A stretch of 64,000 bases of DNA from Salpingoeca rosetta (lineage: Eukaryota > Protista > Choanoflagellata): NCBI GenBank assembly GCA_033442325.1, contig JAWQFM010000004.1, forward strand, positions 1,357,917 through 1,421,916, given 5' to 3'. Positions 58,248-64,000 of the stretch are shown here, one piece after another. Position numbers and translations under genes: made by a program. The first letter of the stretch is position 1. Each line of letters opens with the position of its first letter. The notes under the pieces were generated by a model. It saw only the letters and a list, made by a program, of their open reading frames with translations. It ran no database searches and was not told the origin of the DNA.

Positions 58248-59176
58248 GGTTGCTTGTTTGAAGGTAGGAGAAGAGGAGGAGGGTTTCTGTGTGGAGGAGC
58301 GCGGTGTTTGTTGCGTGGGCGTGGGCACAACCAAAGACCAGAGACGCGAGGCAGCCGCGACAAGAGTGAGGAACATGATAAGGAAGAAATAAAACAGAGA
58401 GGCAAGAAGCTGGGCGATGAGAGAAGAGCAGATGGAAGGGAAAGGGAAGGGAGAGGGGGAGAGGGTTGAAGAGGGGGGAAGAGGGTGAAGGGGGAAGAGG
58501 GAAGGAGTGAGGAGAACAACACAGTACGCGACGCGAGACACGAGGACACGAGACACGACGCCCAACAAACACCAAGGAAGAAACCGCGGAGAGGGAGAGG
58601 ACGATGTCGTGAGACAGGAAGAAGAAGAAGAGGCAGCAAGAAGAGGAAAGGTGGAAGAACGGAAGGCGGAAGGAAGGAAGCAAGGAAAGCGAGTACACAC
58701 AGAAGCACAGACTGCGATCAGCTCAGCCCAATCACCATCGATACGTATCAGGCAAGAAGGCAGCACCAGCACACGCATACACACTTACGTTGGTTGACGA
58801 TTGCGTGAGGGGGAAATGGCCTGTAATGGATGGCATCAAGGTGTGCGTGTGTGTGTTTGGTGGTGGGAACGCACTTTGACGTGGCCGTTTTGAGGGGTTC
58901 GTATCCACCGCACGTCAAATTTGACAGGTCAGGGTTTGAGTGGTTGGCGCGCCAAAAGTTTGAAGCGCGGTGTGGTGGTGTTGATGGTGGTGTTGATGGT
59001 GGTGTTGATGGTGTGGGCGCTTCCAGTGCAGTAGTGTGTGCAGTGTGCGCTTCCATGCTCACCATGCTCACCATGCTCGTCATGCTCACCGTGCTCGTCG
59101 TGCTCGCCTGTGCTCGCTCATGAGCCGCTCACAACATGTTGTATGAACTGCAACAACATACGACATGAACAGAGAC

Positions 59177-59207
<31 letters not shown>

Positions 59208-59234
59208 CGAAGCGGAGGAGCCACGACAGCCATC

Positions 59235-60322
59235 ATGGATGACGGCGGCTTGAACTTTGCCATCAAGGCAGTACAAGATGACACCGTCGTCTCGCTCATG
59301 TCACGGTGCGTGTGTGTGTAGTTGTGTGTGAGTGTGTAGTTGTGTATACGTGATGGTTGGACACTTTTCTCTGCCTCCGTCTGCCTCCGTCTGCCTCTCC
59401 CTGTCTCTCTCCCTCTGCGTCGTGAACATCGCACTCACACGTACATGTGTGTGTGTGTGTGTGTTTGTGTGTTGGGCGCCATGCTCTTCCTGCTGCTCTT
59501 GTGTATCCCTTTCCCAAAGTGTGCGGCCGGCGGTGGATGGAGAAGGAGGCGGCGTGGGCTGCAAGTTCTATTGTCGCCTGCGCCTGCCGCTGCCCGAGTA
59601 TCTGGTGCTCTTTGGCGTGCCCAGCACCAAAGGCACCACACCCTCCAGCCACGTGGGCCTGGCCATGTCCCTCCAGTTGTCCTCTGCGGCCGCGCCCGTC
59701 GACTTGGGCGCCATCAATGACACCGTCCCCTTTACATCCCTCATCGACCTCAGGTGTGCGTGAGTGGGTGGGTGGGTGTCGAGAGTGACAGCGGTTGTGG
59801 TGGTTGGTGGTGGTGGGAGTGGAGGGTGGGAGTGGAGGGAGGGAGTGGCAATGAACGAGCCAGGGACAGCAAACAACCATGGCGCACGCGCTTTACTGCA
59901 GACACACACACACACTCTCAACTCACACACTCACACTCACACACATACACACACACACACTCACACACTCACAGGTCTGTGCTGAAGGACCGGCAGGATG
60001 ACATGAAAGAGCTGCAGGAGATGGGCTTGTCGTGCAAGCTGGTGCTGGATGGCACAGTGGATGGAGCCATGGGCGATGACGAGCCCGCGTCCCCGGCATC
60101 GCAGCCGCTCACGCAGTGCGTCTGGACCACCATCAGCACCCCGCCAGAACAGAAATACGCGATGGTGCGTGAACACGTGCGCGTGCGTTGTGTGTGTCTG
60201 TGTGTCTGTGTGTCTGTGTGCGTGTGTGTGTGCGTGTGTGTGTGTGTGTGTCTGTCTGTCTGTCTGTCTGTCTGCGTGTGCAGTGATTGTGACCACTATC
60301 ACAAATGCGCCACCCCCCCTCT

Positions 60323-60362
<40 letters not shown>

Positions 60363-61370
60363 CTGACTCTCTGCATGTGCTGCCCACACTTGTGCAGATG
60401 CCGCCTGTCACCGAGACGCCGGATGCCAAACCACGTTCAGCCACGTCAGTTCACAGCAATATGTACTCGTATCAATGCCACCTGGGTGCATGCCCCATCT
60501 CTTCATTTGCTCCTTTGTGCCCCTCACACACACACACACACATACACACTTACACAACTGTAGAGGTGCCCAGCGCCCCATGAAGAAGAACCGCAAGCGA
60601 AACGCCAACGACGACAACGACGACACCGACGACAACGGCAACGATGATGATGATGACAATGACAACACCGCTCATGATGCTGTGGAAGAGCACGACAAAC
60701 GCGATAGCGGCTGCCATACACTCGCTAGTGCAGATCACAGCGACAGTATGCTGTCGGGTGCGTGCGCTGACGTCACGCGTGATGGCGACGACGACAAGGG
60801 GATGCCTGCAGGCACGGATGATAGTGACACTGCATCGACGAGCGCATCACAGGCCACTCCCACCTCAAAACGCGCCAAGCGGTCAGCAGCAACACCGCGG
60901 GGGAAGACGCGCAGCACACGCGCATCCCCAAAACAACAGCAACACCAGCAACAGCAACAGCAACAGAGCGATGACGAGATCACCCCGACGAACAGCAGCA
61001 GTGGAAGCAGCAGTAACAACAGCAGCAGCAGTAACAGCAGCAGCAGCAGTAACAGCAGCAGCAGCAGTAACAACAGCAGCAGCAGTAACAGCAGCAGCAG
61101 CAGTAACAGCAGCAGCAGTAACAGCAGCAGCAGTAACAGCAGCAGCACAGCGAGAACGGCACGGCGCGTGCGTGGACGAGGAGGAAGAAGTGGCGGCGAT
61201 GACAGCGCGACGCAATCGCAGACGCCGGTGGCAGTGGACGAAGACCTGGAGGGTGCGTTGGTCTTTGGTGCTGCCTTCTTTGTTGCAGTGTGAGTGTGTG
61301 TGTGTGGGGCGGGTGGGGGTGGGGATGAAGGTGGATGACTTGTTTGTGGAATTGTAAGGGTGATGTTTTT

Positions 61371-61407
<37 letters not shown>

Positions 61408-61590
61408 CCGCCCCACGAACAGGAGCGCGCCCGTCTGCGCGCTGGGGCCACACGATGTGCAGCGCGGGCGATGATGCCGTGTTTCTGTTTGGTGGACAGG
61501 GATTCGAACAGCTGTGCAAGGACGCATTCTGGATGTTTGATGGCGGTGAGTGGGGATGTTGTTGTTGTTGTTGTTGATTGTTGTTGTTGC

Positions 61591-61660
<70 letters not shown>

Positions 61661-61807
61661 GCTGTTGTTGTTGTAGATGTTGTTGTTGTTGTAGATGTTG
61701 TTGTTGTCGTGCGTGCACACACACACGCGCTCACTCTCTTCTTTCCTCCACTCCACTCGCGCCACAATCTCACGTGCCTGCGTCCCTTCTTATCACTGCT
61801 TGTATCC

Positions 61808-61862
<55 letters not shown>

Positions 61863-62203
61863 CGTGCATGCACGCACGCACGCACACACACACGCTCACT
61901 CTCTTCTTTTCCTCCACTCCACTCGCGCCACAATCTCACGTGCCTGCAACCCTTCTCACTGCTCGTATCCTCGTTGTTGCTGTTGTTGTTTCAGAGCGCT
62001 GGGTGCAGCCAGAGACGAGCGGATCGTCGCCGGGCGCCAGAATGGGCCACTCGTGTGTCTACGACCCGGTGCGAAGCCGTGTTGTGTGTGGTGACTCTCA
62101 AGGCATTCACTCGACGACCTTCATCGCTTTTCATTACGCTTTATGCCGTTGTCCACGGGATCCCACCTCTCCTTCACGTCGTTCTCACCACAATCCCTTT
62201 CCA

Positions 62204-62277
<74 letters not shown>

Positions 62278-62788
62278 CCCATGCGGGCAGGAGTGCGAGC
62301 GGCTGATTCTGTTTGGCGGCGCCAAGTACCGCCGGTTCTTCAAGGACGTGCAGTGCTACGACATCAAGACACAGGAGTGGTCGTGCCTCAAGGTGACTGC
62401 TGCTGCTGTAGGGTGATGAGGGGTGACAATGGTGTTGGTGGTGGTGGTGGTGCAAGGTTGAAGCATTGAGGTTCATTCGAAAGGATGAGTGCATCACTGC
62501 TCACACGTTACGCTCGCGCTTGTCGTCGAACACAGCCTAACGCGTGCAACCCCACGCATGCAACACACCACACCACACCACGCTTCCTCGGCTGTTCAGG
62601 TGCAAGGCGGCAAGGCGCCGGCGCTGTCGTACCACAGCTGCGTGCTGTTCCATAATCAGCTGATGATCTTTGGCGGGAACTATCCAAACCCAGACCCCAT
62701 CCCCGACGGCTGCAGCGCACAGCTCTACTGCTTTGACCTCGGTCAGTGTGTGTGTGTGCGTGCGTATGCGTGTGTGCGTGCGTGCGTA

Positions 62789-62838
<50 letters not shown>

Positions 62839-63608
62839 TGAGTGTGTGTGTGTTTGTGTGTGGAAAAGGTCTGCATCTTACGTGGCCTTCGCGTGAACTA
62901 TGACCACCACCTCATCATGGCCCACTGACTGCCTCCTCACATCCATTGTACTCATTCATTGCACTGCGTTGCGTTGCGCCGCAACAGAGAAGCGGCTTTG
63001 GTGCAAACCGATCCTCGTCGGCGACATCCCGCCAGCACGATCAGGGTACACGCGAACTGTGCTGTCGCTGCCGCCAAGCTCATGAGCAATTGCACAATCT
63101 CTTGTTCTTCTCTGTTTCTTCATGTGCTCGAAACGTCCCTTCCATCCATCAACACACATCCAACTCACCATCCTCATTCCCCCCGCACACCATCACCAAC
63201 ACCACCACGTCCGCCCCCCCCCCCCCAATTTGCTGCTGCAGCCACTCTGCGACGGTCGTGGACGGCGAACTCATCATCTTCGGTGCGGCCACAATGAACA
63301 TCGTTGATGCGTGATGATGGGTGGTGGGTGTTGCTGACTGGCTTCGTTGAGCGTTACGCGCCTTGATCAGCCTTGATTCGCTTGTCCTCACACGCACAAC
63401 ATAACCTAACACAACACACCGCTGCCATAGGCGGGTGGGATGCGCCCGAGTGCTACAATGACGTCTACAAACTCGACCTGACCCTCATGGAATTCAGCAA
63501 ACTCAACGTCGCCGGCACCCCGCCCCCGCCCAGGTGCAGAAATGCTGCGTGTTGTGTGTTGTGTGTGTGTGTGTGTGTGTGCGTTTGCGTTTGCGTGTGT
63601 GTGTGTGT

Positions 63609-63642
<34 letters not shown>

Positions 63643-63965
63643 TGTTGTTGTTGTTGTTAGTGTGTGTGCGTGTGCGGGTGTGAGTGTGTGCGTTTGCGCG
63701 TGGTACTCTGTTGACATGGCTGTAGAGTCTTGCACGTCGCTTTGATCTCCATCATCCTCATGAGCACCACCTCCCCTCCACCCTTCGCATTCAACGGTAA
63801 TCAGGACGTGGCACATTGCGTTCCACGCCGTGTACAAGAGCCATGACGCCGTCTTCATCCACGGCGGTTACAACGGCGACGAGGTGATGGTGATAGTGGT
63901 GGTGGTGATGGTGATGACTGCTGTGATGGTGGTGGTGGTGGTGGTGGTGGTGATGGTGATGATGA

Positions 63966-63999
<34 letters not shown>

Positions 64000-64000
64000 G
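59235..64000 (+). CDS. Kelch-repeat protein (RABEPK/KLHDC-like) with an N-terminal globular domain and a Ser/Asn/Gln/Asp-rich linker; runs off the window
   Basis: Kelch exons PSARWGHTM..LFGGQG, PGARMGHS..LFGGAK, LSYHSCV..IFGG, PPARS.HSA..IFGGWD and FIHGGYNG. Upstream exons MDDGGLNFAIK and CRLRLPLPEYLVLFG. Confidence 0.85.
60930..61148 (+). repeat. Coding trinucleotide repeats (polyGln, then Asn-interrupted polySer) in the kelch-gene linker exon
   Basis: (CAA/CAG)n followed by repeated AAC-(AGC)n-AGT units, in frame in ORF 60475..61293. Confidence 0.9.
61557..61990. repeat. (GTT)n tracts plus a ~110-bp intronic tandem duplication
   Basis: 'gctcactctcttcttt(t)cctccactccactcgcgccacaatctcacgtgcctgc...' occurs at ~61729-61810 and again at ~61894-61975, each copy preceded by (GTT)n. 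Confidence 0.9.

Overview
Gene-dense, intron-rich eukaryotic DNA. The very short exons, GT-AG introns packed with (CA)n/(GT)n microsatellites and holozoan-type genes are most consistent with a choanoflagellate such as Salpingoeca rosetta (inference from style and content). Most entries in the ORF track are microsatellite artefacts, so genes were rebuilt by hand-splicing exons. About 21 genes are supported: MRPL19 (runs off the left edge), a mitochondrial class-I release factor, MFSD5/MOT2, SAXO4/PPP1R32-like, an SDR, EI24, CAF1/CNOT7-like, MMTAG2-like, CENP-M-like, ERp38-type PDI, importin-alpha, SMC6, an Egt2/class-V PLP lyase, NAA50, MCAT/FabD, an alpha/beta hydrolase, NDPK, a kelch protein (runs off the right edge), and three paralogous intronless genes for predicted secreted coiled-coil + 7-bladed beta-propeller proteins. 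Highlights: (1) the propeller family, with variation focused on one predicted face and a possible N-to-C disulfide staple; (2) a CAF1 whose four DEDD catalytic acids are all replaced (N/V/N/N) in an otherwise intact gene; (3) a recurring intron polarity, with G/T-rich repeats at the 5' end and complementary C/A-rich repeats at the 3' end, sometimes replacing the polypyrimidine tract, which suggests self-folding introns; (4) a probable CENP-M. Three N-gaps and several low-quality read tails are present. Homology calls rest on remembered family motifs, not on searches.
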